Source: Bacteroidales bacterium
Lineage (GTDB): Bacteria; Bacteroidota; Bacteroidia; Bacteroidales; UBA12481
DNA: 64,000 nt
Assembly: GCA_041662065.1 (NCBI GenBank)
Contig: JBAZTE010000019.1
Location: 13,631 to 77,630, forward strand
Reading direction: 5' to 3'
Shown here: one piece after another, positions 49,324 through 58,304 of the stretch
Layout: each line of letters begins with the position of its first letter
Numbering within the stretch: the stretch's first letter is position 1
The notes under the pieces: generated by a model
What the model was told of the DNA's origin: nothing
The model's database searches: none
What the model saw: only the letters and a program-made list of their open reading frames with translations
Position numbers and translations under genes: made by a program

Positions 49324-51234
49324 ATGAAGGTTACTTCAAAAACCCTGGGTCCGATTGTATTATTACTGGTTGCCATCGTTTTGATTGTCATTCAGTTGCT
49401 TTCGACCGGCGTGAGTGGTGAAACGGATTCCATTTTCCACTATCAGATTGCCCGGTACGCGTTCAAATATCCGGAATTCTTACTAAACCACTGGGGGAAA
49501 CCCCTATATACCATTCTTTCAGCCCCCTTTGCCCAATTCGGATTCACCGGAACCATCGTTTTCAACCTTACCTGTGGTTTACTAAGCGCCTGGTTTGCCT
49601 ACCTGATAGCCAGACGACTGGAATACCGGCATGCCTGGGTCGCCATTGTGTTCACCATTTTTACCCCGGTCTATCTGTTCATCATGTATTCGGGCCTCAC
49701 CGAAATCATATTCAGCCTGGTTTTGATTGCCGGAATATATCTATTTATCAGCAAGCGTTTTATCTGGTCTGCTGTTGTGATATCCCTGATTCCTTTTGCC
49801 CGCACCGAGGGTGTGATGTATATCATTCTGATGATCCCGGCGCTTCTCTGGATGAGACAGTATAAGGCTCTACCCTTTTTGTTGACGGGTTTCGTTGTTT
49901 TCGGCCTGGCAGGGTTGCCCCAATATCATGACCCGTTCTGGTTCTTTACCAAAATGCCTTATAATACCAGCAGTGCCGACCTTTACGGCAGCGGATCGTT
50001 CTGGACCTATTTCAAGGATATGGGCTACATTCTGAATTACCCACTGATAATCATGGTGATCGCAGGATTGGCATTCCTGCTCCTTGACCTCCGAAAAGTG
50101 GGGCGTGACTTACGGAATATCAAATATGTCACCTTATATCTATTAATTATCCCATCGATATTCGGTTTTATCCTTGCGCAGAGTTTCTTGTGGTGGAAAG
50201 GTTTGGGAATATTGGTTTCGATCCGGTTTATGGCCTGTGTACTTCCTTTGGTTGCCATCCTGGCAATCACCGGTTTTGAACGGCTGATGCTAAAAGCCAG
50301 GTTCAGCAATATTTTGACCTTTGTTTTTGGTACCTATGTTATCTTTTTAGTTGTCTATAAACCATTTACTTACCACGTAGTTCCCTCCAAAACCGCTATC
50401 AATTTTGCCGTGATGGAAAAGCTGACCACCTGGCTGAAGAGCTCTCCATATAACGACCGCCGGGTTTTATATACCGATCCCATGTATCCGTTTTACAGGG
50501 GAACCGACCCTTTTGACAGTCAGATCAATTACAAAGTATATTCTTACGAAAACAAAAAACCGGTCAACCTGCTCAACCAGGGTGAACTGCTCCTTTGGGA
50601 TCCCCAGTTTGCCGGGTTTGAAGGGCATCTTCCCCTTGATTCCCTGATGAATAATCCCAACTTCAGGCTCATCAATATTTTTACACCGGTAGAGAGCTTC
50701 ACCGTCATAGGCGGTGAGGAATACAAGCTGGCGCTTTTCATGAAAGCTCCAAGGGACACCAATGGGTTGGTTTATCAGCCGTTTTATCTGAATGATTTTG
50801 AGAGCGGACTTTCGGCTGAGGAGATGACGAAGGTAACACAGGAACATTGCATCAGCGGAAAACAGTCCATGTCCTTATCACCCTCTAATGTTTACAGTGC
50901 TTCAGCTCAAGGCAAGCTGAAATTTCTGCCAGACTCAGGTTTTGTTTCAATCAGGTCCAGCGTGCGAATTTTAAATCCCGACCCAACTGAAAAAGGCAAG
51001 ATACTATTGGTTGTCAGCATCGAAGATGCCGACCGGAAAATATACCGGTACATGGCAGTAAAAGATTCGGAAACCGACTATAAACCCGGAGAATGGTTTG
51101 ACCTGTCGCGGACGGATTTGATTGACGCAAACACCCCAGCCGGAGGCAGCTACAAGGTATATGTTTGGTACACAGGTAAAAATAAGATTTACGTGGACGA
51201 CCTGAAGCTCGAATATTTACCGGCCGGAAAGTAG
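49324..51234 (+). CDS. GT-C-type polytopic membrane glycosyltransferase (ArnT/PMT-like) with C-terminal soluble domain
   Basis: About 11 TM segments are followed by a ~250-aa non-membrane C-terminus. The first-loop acidic motif is GETDS. Confidence 0.5.
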   Translation: MKVTSKTLGPIVLLLVAIVLIVIQLLSTGVSGETDSIFHYQIARYAFKYPEFLLNHWGKPLYTILSAPFAQFGFTGTIVFNLTCGLLSAWFAYLIARRLEYRHAWVAIVFTIFTPVYLFIMYSGLTEIIFSLVLIAGIYLFISKRFIWSAVVISLIPFARTEGVMYIILMIPALLWMRQYKALPFLLTGFVVFGLAGLPQYHDPFWFFTKMPYNTSSADLYGSGSFWTYFKDMGYILNYPLIIMVIAGLAFLLLDLRKVGRDLRNIKYVTLYLLIIPSIFGFILAQSFLWWKGLGILVSIRFMACVLPLVAILAITGFERLMLKARFSNILTFVFGTYVIFLVVYKPFTYHVVPSKTAINFAVMEKLTTWLKSSPYNDRRVLYTDPMYPFYRGTDPFDSQINYKVYSYENKKPVNLLNQGELLLWDPQFAGFEGHLPLDSLMNNPNFRLINIFTPVESFTVIGGEEYKLALFMKAPRDTNGLVYQPFYLNDFESGLSAEEMTKVTQEHCISGKQSMSLSPSNVYSASAQGKLKFLPDSGFVSIRSSVRILNPDPTEKGKILLVVSIEDADRKIYRYMAVKDSETDYKPGEWFDLSRTDLIDANTPAGGSYKVYVWYTGKNKIYVDDLKLEYLPAGK

Positions 51235-51314
51235 ACTATTGATTTTAAAAATTATTAACTTTCGGCGTGCCCCCGCATAGTTAAACTTTTTTAAATTACC
51301 CACTCCGACACCTC

Positions 51315-51425
51315 CGAGGTACCCACCCCAACCCCTCCCTGAAACAGGGAGGGGCAGGAGCACCAGATTTCCCTCGGAGTGTAGCCCCTCCCTTCTTTAA
51401 CGGAGGGGTTGGGGCGGGTACCTCG
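51315..51425. repeat. Long imperfect inverted repeat (24-bp arms, 23/24 complementary) enclosing two GGAGGGG/CCCCTCC hairpins
   Basis: The arm CGAGGTACCCACCCCAACCCCTCC (51315-51338) pairs with GGAGGGGTTGGGGCGGGTACCTCG (51402-51425). Confidence 0.8.
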
Positions 51426-51432
51426 ATAATGG

Positions 51433-52443
51433 ATGAAAACTATATCTTTTCTTCTTGCACTCCTGCTCGCATTGGTCGGCTGTACCACCGAAATTGACCT
51501 GATGGTACCCGGGGACCCGGTTCCGGTGGTGTATTGTCTGCTTGATCCCGCCGATTCAATTCAATATATTAGACTCGGGCAAACCTACAGTGTTGATCCC
51601 GGCAACCCGGACCTGAAACCGACCCAGGAAAAAATCCTCGTTGATGAGGATATCCTGGTATACATGACCGCCGAGTATACCGACCGTAAACAGGATGTGT
51701 ATTATGCATCCCGGGTATATAATATTGATAAGGATTCAGGATTTTTTCCATCATCGGTCAACCAATTGTATGCGATCCGGTGCAAAATAAAAACGGATAC
51801 CCGCTATTCGCTTTACATCCATTTCAAGGAATCGAACAAGATTGTCCACGCCGAAACCCAAAGTCTGGGAACGCTTTTTTATATTATTGACCCTGAGCTG
51901 GTACAAGGTCGTACGGCTACACTTTTGCCGGGCATCGATTATTATGTCAGATTTAATCCGGTGATCCATGGGTCCATTTTTCAATCCACTATGACTTTCC
52001 GTTATGCTGAAATCCAGGAAGGGAGGTGGGCTGACCGGTCGATGGTATTACCGCAAGAATTTCTCTATGAAGATGACACCACGCTCAAATTTGCAGAACA
52101 ACGCATTTCCGGTGAGCGGTTCCTGATCGATGTTTCGAGAGCCCTCAAGCCGGATTCAACGATCCGCCGGGTTCCGCTGGGTCTCGATTTTCATATTTCT
52201 TGCGGGGGTGACGACCTGGCTTTGAAGATCAGTGCCGAAAACAACACGCAATCTTTTTCGATCCTCGAAGTGAACAGCTTCGATAATGCCTTCGGTATAT
52301 TTTCCTGTCTGACACACAAATACGTTTGGAATGTTCCCATCTCGCGCTTCACATTGGATACGCTTGCCCTTGGTCCCATGACCCGGGACCTCGGATTCCT
52401 GACTGCCAAACAAATTGATTCCATGAATTATGCAAAGTATTAG
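51433..52443 (+). CDS. Hypothetical lipoprotein, paralog of 12886-13911
   Basis: The lipobox is LALVGC and the shared block is PVPVVYCLLDPADSIQYIRL. Confidence 0.5.
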   Translation: MKTISFLLALLLALVGCTTEIDLMVPGDPVPVVYCLLDPADSIQYIRLGQTYSVDPGNPDLKPTQEKILVDEDILVYMTAEYTDRKQDVYYASRVYNIDKDSGFFPSSVNQLYAIRCKIKTDTRYSLYIHFKESNKIVHAETQSLGTLFYIIDPELVQGRTATLLPGIDYYVRFNPVIHGSIFQSTMTFRYAEIQEGRWADRSMVLPQEFLYEDDTTLKFAEQRISGERFLIDVSRALKPDSTIRRVPLGLDFHISCGGDDLALKISAENNTQSFSILEVNSFDNAFGIFSCLTHKYVWNVPISRFTLDTLALGPMTRDLGFLTAKQIDSMNYAKY

Positions 52444-52870
52444 CTTAAGAATAGTCTGTATTCTGATGATCGGAGCCATTTTCTCCTGTGATAAATTATG
52501 GCCGGGTGATGAGGAACCCCTGATTGTTGACCCTGAACCAAAAGGGATTCTCGACATGGCATTCACCTATCATGTACAGGGCATTCCTGCTGGCCGGATG
52601 AAGAAAGTTCAGCTTTCGCTGGCGTATACCGCTGAGGATCTGTATAAAGGAATTTTCTTTACTCAGGCCAATGTATCCGAACCCGTCGTTCATTACCGGT
52701 TTGAACTCCCGCCCGGCGAATATTATTATTATGCAACAGTAATCTGCCTTTGCGCGGGCGACTCATGCCTGTATTCAGGCTTTCCGGCACGAAACGGCAC
52801 CATTGCCGCCGGAGGCAAAGTAACGGTTGAGGACGGCAAAATCACCAATTATGCCACGCAGTTCCACTGA
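52430..52870 (+). CDS. Small hypothetical lipoprotein
   Basis: The lipobox is GAIFSC. It overlaps the upstream gene by 14 nt and has no recognisable domain. Confidence 0.4.
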   Translation: MQSISLRIVCILMIGAIFSCDKLWPGDEEPLIVDPEPKGILDMAFTYHVQGIPAGRMKKVQLSLAYTAEDLYKGIFFTQANVSEPVVHYRFELPPGEYYYYATVICLCAGDSCLYSGFPARNGTIAAGGKVTVEDGKITNYATQFH

Positions 52871-52915
52871 GGGGCCTACTTCGCCAGCGCCGGGTCGGAT
52901 CCACCTCACCCCCAG

Positions 52916-52965
52916 CCCCCTCTCCCGCGCTCACTCCGCTATCGCTTCGTTCACGGGAGAGGGGG
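52916..52965. repeat. 12-bp-stem hairpin CCCCCTCTCCCG / CGGGAGAGGGGG
   Basis: The arms are perfectly complementary and separated by 26 nt. Confidence 0.75.
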
Positions 52966-52984
52966 ACGCTCCGAGGCATACTTC

Positions 52985-53100
52985 GTGCATACCTGAATCT
53001 TCAACTTCAGAATTCGGAATTGGTCTTCGAATCTCTAAAATCACACTTCCTGCATATTTGAATCTCCCCGTTCAGCATTCAAAATTGGTCTTCGAATCTC
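52985..53100. repeat. Word-repeat block with two reverse-orientation copies of the GAGATTCGAGGACCAATT core
   Basis: AATTGGTCTTCGAATCTC lies at 53018-53035 and 53083-53100. The second copy overlaps the only plausible start of the next gene. Confidence 0.8.
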
Positions 53101-54830
53101 TGACTTTATTGGCACTCAGCCTTCTGTCCGCCTGCACTGACAAAGAACCACCGCCCATACCTGTGATCAAAGTCACTGTTTCGCCGGTTTCCGGTAACAC
53201 CACCCATACCTTTACTTTCGACCTTTCCAAATCGGAAAGCAAGACCAATCGCGGGGCAAAGGTATTTACACGCTGGGACTGGGATGGTAATGGCATCTGG
53301 GACACCCCGTTTACGCATTTGTTGGTTTATGAGCACCGTTACCATACTGCAGGAACCTGGAAGCCTGCCATGGAAATGTCGAACATGAACGGACTCTCCG
53401 ATACGATGAGTTTCGTATTGCAGGTTATGCAGGGATATTCACCTCCAAACCCGGCATTCAAAATAATTCCGGCAGCGGGCCATATTTATACCCGTTTCCT
53501 GCTGGATGCATCAGGCACCCGTGATGATGAGGATTCACTCGACCAGCTCACTTTCAGATGGGATTTTGAGGGAGACGGCCAATGGGATACCCAATTCGGG
53601 GATTCGGTTAAAATCTCTCTTGTATACCCGGTGGAAGGTTTTTATCAACCAAAATTCCAGGCAAAGGATCCATCGGGGTTAATCAGTTCAGCAACGGCCG
53701 ACCTCCTGATCAATTTGGTGGATAAACGCCTGGTCATGGGTTTCAGGTGCATCCCGGATTCCGTCACCCATAATACCCCGATCATTATGGATGCTTCAGC
53801 CACAAAAGATCTTGATTTTCCGGATAAGCCGATGCAGTACCGGTGGGATTGGAACAACGACCGGTTATGGGATACCGAATGGCTTTCGGATCCCGTTACC
53901 TCGCATGTTTTCAGGGAAGAGTTTTTCAATCCGGTTCATTTACAAGTACGGAGTTTTCGCGGACTGACTAACGATACGGTCATCAGGATCAGGGTGTATC
54001 ACCGGAATCAGGTCCCCAGGGCCTTCTTCACGGTGAACACGGTTGCCGGGAACATCAATACGAAATTCCGCCTGGATTGCTGGCCTACGCGGGATGTGGA
54101 GTCCTCTCCGGCACAATTGCAATACCGGTGGGACTTCGATGGGGATGGCATCTGGGATACCGATTTTTCCGATCAGGTGGTTGTGATCCAACAATTTGAA
54201 AATCCCGGTACGTATAAAACCACAGTGGAGGTTAAAGACCCTCTGGGTGAGCGGGATACGTGTTCAAAAATGATCTATGTCAGCCGGGGGTCAAATGAGA
54301 CCGGCACCTATCTCGATAAGCGCGGTGCCGGATGGGAATATTACGGGACTGTGAAGATTGGAGACCAGTGGTGGTTTACCCGGAATGTCTGTGTCCATGA
54401 TACATTGAACTATTTTCAGTTTTTCTACGATAATTCCTGGCCTTTATATTATGATTACGGCAACCTGTATCTGCTCGACTATACTTCCAGGATCTGTCCG
54501 GACGGGTGGAGGGTGCCCTCAAAGAATGACTGGGACAATCTGTTTTCCAATTACCCGGAAGAGGTTCTTTTTGACGCCCTGATGCCCGGTGGGGAATCCG
54601 ATTTCGGAGCCACCCTGGGCGGTATGGGGACCGGAAGAAAGGCCGATATTGCAGTCTATCAGAATATTGATCAGAACGGCCATTATTGGAGCACAAGCAA
54701 ACCGCTGTTTGGCGATTCACCCAGTATATGGACTATTGAGTTCGACCGCCATAACCGGACTGTTCTGAAGGGTTTTGTTACAGCTACAGGGAAGTTATTT
54801 TCGGTTCGTTGTATTAAAGATGCTGATTAA
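53085..54830 (+). CDS. Lipoprotein with four PKD-like repeats and a C-terminal FISUMP domain (start unresolved)
   Basis: The lipobox is LLSAC. Repeats fit the pattern F.LD.S.....RWD(W/F)DGDG.WDT, and the C-terminus runs YGTVKIGDQWWFTRN...CPDGWRVPSKNDW...FSVRCIKD. No in-frame ATG precedes the signal peptide, so I assume TTG 53085. Confidence 0.6.
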   Translation: MVFESLTLLALSLLSACTDKEPPPIPVIKVTVSPVSGNTTHTFTFDLSKSESKTNRGAKVFTRWDWDGNGIWDTPFTHLLVYEHRYHTAGTWKPAMEMSNMNGLSDTMSFVLQVMQGYSPPNPAFKIIPAAGHIYTRFLLDASGTRDDEDSLDQLTFRWDFEGDGQWDTQFGDSVKISLVYPVEGFYQPKFQAKDPSGLISSATADLLINLVDKRLVMGFRCIPDSVTHNTPIIMDASATKDLDFPDKPMQYRWDWNNDRLWDTEWLSDPVTSHVFREEFFNPVHLQVRSFRGLTNDTVIRIRVYHRNQVPRAFFTVNTVAGNINTKFRLDCWPTRDVESSPAQLQYRWDFDGDGIWDTDFSDQVVVIQQFENPGTYKTTVEVKDPLGERDTCSKMIYVSRGSNETGTYLDKRGAGWEYYGTVKIGDQWWFTRNVCVHDTLNYFQFFYDNSWPLYYDYGNLYLLDYTSRICPDGWRVPSKNDWDNLFSNYPEEVLFDALMPGGESDFGATLGGMGTGRKADIAVYQNIDQNGHYWSTSKPLFGDSPSIWTIEFDRHNRTVLKGFVTATGKLFSVRCIKDAD

Positions 54831-56618
54831 ATGAGGAATACTGTCAGGATATTATATCGGTTGTTTTGGAATAGCCTTATCCCAATGATCCTGGTTTCAG
54901 GGATTTTCCTGATGCCGGGGTGCAAAAGAGAGGAACCAACCGTTCCTCCATTGATTGTAGCCAGTGTGTCTCCAGCCGCTGGCAATACAACCCAGGTCTT
55001 CACTTTCGACCTCTCCAAATCGGACAGCCGGACTGACCGGGGCGACAAGGTATTTACCCGGTGGGATTGGAATGGCGATGGCAAATGGGACACCCCCTTC
55101 ACCCGCATGTTGGTTTTTGAGCACCGTTACCATGCCCCCGGCACCTGGAAAACCAGGCTGGAAATGTCGAACCTAAACGGTACGATCGACACCCTGGGTT
55201 TTGTGATTCAGGTGGAACAGGGCTATTCGCCGCCCAATCCCGTATTCAGGATATTTCCTGATGAGGGTCATATATTTACCCGATATCTGCTGGATGCCTC
55301 AGGCACCCGGGATGACGAGGATTCACTCGACCAGCTCACATTCAGGTGGGACTTTAACGGGGATGGCACCTGGGATACCCATTTTGGAGATTCAGTGACC
55401 ATTTTTCATGTTTATCCCGAAGCAGGATTTTATCAACCTAAATTACAGGTCAGGGACCCATCGGGACTGATCAGCCCTGCCTCATCAGAACTTCGGGTTA
55501 CTACAATAGATAAGAGGCTGTATGTGAGCTTCAAATGCATCCCCGATTCGGTCACGCATAACACACCGATCATCATGGATGCCTCAGCTACCACCGATCT
55601 TGATTTTCCGGACAAACCGCTTCAATACCGGTGGGATTGGGAAGACGATGATTTCTGGGATACCGATTGGCAGTCGGAGCCCATCACCTCACATGTTTTC
55701 AGGAAAGAGTACTTTCATTCGATCCGGTTGCAGGTCAGAAGTTTCCGAGGATTGACCAATGATACGGTGAAGAAAATCAGGGTATATCACCAGAATCAGG
55801 TGCCCCGGGCATCATTCTATGCGAATACGCTGACCGGGAATACAAAAACCGAGTTCAGGCTCGATTGCTGGCCAAGCCGTGACGTAGAATCCTCACCATC
55901 GGATCTTTCGTACCGTTGGGATTTTGACGGGGACGGGAACTGGGATACTGACTTTTTCACTGACCAGATGATCACCATGCACCGTTATTCCTTCCCGGGA
56001 ACCTATCATATCAGCCTGGTAGCGAAGGATCAGCTGGGTGAGCAGGATACCTGTACCCGGGTGATCCACGTGAGCAACGGCCTGAATGAAACAGGACTGT
56101 ATCAGGACAGGCGGGGCGACAGCTGGGAGTATTACGGAACCGTTCATATCGGCAACCAGTGGTGGTTTACCCGCAATATGAGCATCCATGACACCTTGCA
56201 TTACAACCAATTTTACTATAATAACTCATGGGCTAATTATTATGATTACGGAAATCTCTATGGGAGCGGGAGCATCGCGTATATCTGTCCGCCCGGCTGG
56301 CGCCTGCCCTCCAAAGAGGATTGGGACAAACTTTTTGCCAACTACCCGGAAGATCGATTGTTTGATGCGCTGATGCCCGGAGGTGAATCCGATTTCGGAT
56401 TGGTACTGGGCGGTTCGGGGAAAGGTACTACGATAGTCGACATAAAATATCAGGGCATTGACCAATATGCAGGATACTGGACATTGACCAAACCGGCCGG
56501 TGCAGGCTCAACAAGCCTCTGGATGATAGAATTCGACCTCGCAAACCGGAAAATTCTCAAGGGTTACAACAGCCCTGAAAAGAGAAAACTTTCGGTCAGG
56601 TGCGTCAAGGATGAATAA
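54831..56618 (+). CDS. Lipoprotein with four PKD-like repeats and a C-terminal FISUMP domain (tandem paralog)
   Basis: It is collinear with the previous gene. The lipobox is LMPGC and the C-terminus runs YGTVHIGNQWWFTRN...CPPGWRLPSKEDW...LSVRCVKDE. The ATG directly follows the upstream TAA. Confidence 0.8.
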   Translation: MRNTVRILYRLFWNSLIPMILVSGIFLMPGCKREEPTVPPLIVASVSPAAGNTTQVFTFDLSKSDSRTDRGDKVFTRWDWNGDGKWDTPFTRMLVFEHRYHAPGTWKTRLEMSNLNGTIDTLGFVIQVEQGYSPPNPVFRIFPDEGHIFTRYLLDASGTRDDEDSLDQLTFRWDFNGDGTWDTHFGDSVTIFHVYPEAGFYQPKLQVRDPSGLISPASSELRVTTIDKRLYVSFKCIPDSVTHNTPIIMDASATTDLDFPDKPLQYRWDWEDDDFWDTDWQSEPITSHVFRKEYFHSIRLQVRSFRGLTNDTVKKIRVYHQNQVPRASFYANTLTGNTKTEFRLDCWPSRDVESSPSDLSYRWDFDGDGNWDTDFFTDQMITMHRYSFPGTYHISLVAKDQLGEQDTCTRVIHVSNGLNETGLYQDRRGDSWEYYGTVHIGNQWWFTRNMSIHDTLHYNQFYYNNSWANYYDYGNLYGSGSIAYICPPGWRLPSKEDWDKLFANYPEDRLFDALMPGGESDFGLVLGGSGKGTTIVDIKYQGIDQYAGYWTLTKPAGAGSTSLWMIEFDLANRKILKGYNSPEKRKLSVRCVKDE

Positions 56619-57009
56619 CCAATTTTACGATCTCGAAGGAATCATTGGTGGCGCCCTGAATAGCTTCAATAACGGTTTCCGGCATTCCGGCCGACAAGGC
56701 TGACATATCAAGAAGGGCGACATAGGTCTTACCGTCTTCTTTCTCATAAACCGATATCCGGCAGGGCATCATGACAGAAACAATCCTTTCGTGATTTTTC
56801 TCAAGCATCTGGCCTGAGAAAGCCGGTTTACAAATTTCAACAACCTGCACGGGCCTGACAGTTTTGCCTGACTTGGCCAATGATTGCTGAAGATTGTGCG
56901 TGGCAGGATTTTGCCAATCCTTTTTACCAGCGGCTTCGATAATCTTTTCAACGGTTGTTGGAACATCAAATGGACTTACCTGCTCGATAATGAATTGATT
57001 TGTGGTCAT
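56605..57009 (-). CDS. DUF302-domain protein
   Basis: The 134-aa protein reads VQVVEICKP....MMPCRISVYE, as in DUF302 proteins. It is the last gene of the minus-strand operon. Confidence 0.65.
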   Translation of the reverse strand: MTTNQFIIEQVSPFDVPTTVEKIIEAAGKKDWQNPATHNLQQSLAKSGKTVRPVQVVEICKPAFSGQMLEKNHERIVSVMMPCRISVYEKEDGKTYVALLDMSALSAGMPETVIEAIQGATNDSFEIVKLVIHP

Positions 57010-57027
57010 GGTATCATGGTTTTCTGG

Positions 57028-58296
57028 TTAATCTAGTTCTTTTGCAATCACAATGGCAGCAATGGTTCCATCGGCAACAGCCGTGGTGATCTGCCTGAAT
57101 TTTTTCGAAATCACATCCCCAACAGCAAAAACTCCGGGTATACTGGTGCGCATATCTTCATCTGTTTTTATATACCCCCATTTATCAAGTTCCAGCTTAT
57201 CGTGGAACAGTGAAATATTGGGTTTCATCCCGATAAAAACAAAAACTCCATCGCTGATCAGTTTTGACCGCTTGCCGGTTTTCAGATCTTCGATTTCGGT
57301 GACCATTTTTTCACCTTCGCGGGCAAATGACCTGGGTTCAGTTTCAAAGAGCACACTGATTTTTGGATTGTCCAGCAGTTTCTCCTGAGCCTGCTTATTG
57401 GCGCTTAATTGGGCAAACTGATGGACCATGGTAATCTTGCTGGCGAATTTGCTGATGAAATCGGCTTCCTCAACCGCAGAATTACCTCCCCCGATTACAA
57501 TGACTTCCTTATCTCCGAAATATTTGGCATCGCAGGTGGCACAGTAAGAAATCCCCCTGCCTTTGAGTTCTTTTTCACCCGGAATTCCCATCAGGTTTGG
57601 TGAGGTGCCGGTGGCGATGATGATGCGCCTGGCTTTCACAGTTTCGAATTCATCGATCACCACCTCCTTGGTTTCCAGGTTTATACGGGTCACATCGACT
57701 GCCACTTTATATATGGTCCCGCACAGCTTGGTCTGCTCTGACATATTGTGTGACAGCATATAGCCAGGCTGAGGATCAATGAATCCGGGGTAATTGGATA
57801 CCTCATGGGTAGTTGAAACATGTCCTCCGGGTAAAGCTATATCGATAAGTACCGTGTTAACTTTCGACTGGCAGAGGTACAACCCGGCGGTCAGTCCTCC
57901 CGGACCGGCTCCAAGGATCAGAACATCAAATTCGGAAACCGTTGGTTTTATTTTGTCTTTGATTTCTTTTACGCGGTCCGATGGCAGCATGTTATCCAGA
58001 TGATGAATGATGTCGCTCCGCTTGATACCTCCTGTCAGCATTCCCGGAAGCTGGACTCCGTTATCAAAAAACAGCAGGGTTGGTGAGGACCGTACGCCCA
58101 GCTTTTCGGCGAGGGGCTTGTTTTGCTGCCGGAACATTTTGACAAACTTGATGTCTTTACCATACAATCCGGCCAATCCTTCAAATTTTGGGGCCAGTGC
58201 CTCACAAGGTGGGCATTCGGTCGAATAAAAATCGAGCACTACTTTCCCACCTGCCAATACTTCGCTGTCAAACTCAGCTGTTGTAATTTCTTTCAT
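57028..58296 (-). CDS. Thioredoxin-thioredoxin reductase fusion protein (N-terminal Trx fold with CPPC, C-terminal FAD/NAD(P)H TrxR with CATC)
   Basis: The Trx motif is STECPPCEAL and the FAD motif is LILGAGPGGLTAG. The redox motif is SYCATCDA, the NAD(P)H motif is VIGGGNSAVEEA, and the C-terminal motif is GVFAVGDV. Confidence 0.85.
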   Translation of the reverse strand: MKEITTAEFDSEVLAGGKVVLDFYSTECPPCEALAPKFEGLAGLYGKDIKFVKMFRQQNKPLAEKLGVRSSPTLLFFDNGVQLPGMLTGGIKRSDIIHHLDNMLPSDRVKEIKDKIKPTVSEFDVLILGAGPGGLTAGLYLCQSKVNTVLIDIALPGGHVSTTHEVSNYPGFIDPQPGYMLSHNMSEQTKLCGTIYKVAVDVTRINLETKEVVIDEFETVKARRIIIATGTSPNLMGIPGEKELKGRGISYCATCDAKYFGDKEVIVIGGGNSAVEEADFISKFASKITMVHQFAQLSANKQAQEKLLDNPKISVLFETEPRSFAREGEKMVTEIEDLKTGKRSKLISDGVFVFIGMKPNISLFHDKLELDKWGYIKTDEDMRTSIPGVFAVGDVISKKFRQITTAVADGTIAAIVIAKELD

Positions 58297-58304
58297 TTTA
58301 AATT

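Noticed and set aside
51291-51488. This is a 65-aa minus-strand ORF (containing the run QGGVGVG).
   Set aside because: It is encoded by the GGAGGGG/CCCCTCC inverted repeat and overlaps the start of a supported lipoprotein gene.
52827-53084. ATG 52827 could be the true start of the first PKD-FISUMP gene (the 667-aa track ORF).
   Set aside because: That ATG lies inside the preceding lipoprotein gene. The added 86 residues are encoded by hairpin and word repeats, are Pro/Ser/Arg-rich, and would sit in front of a clear lipoprotein signal peptide. The paralog also starts at the signal peptide.
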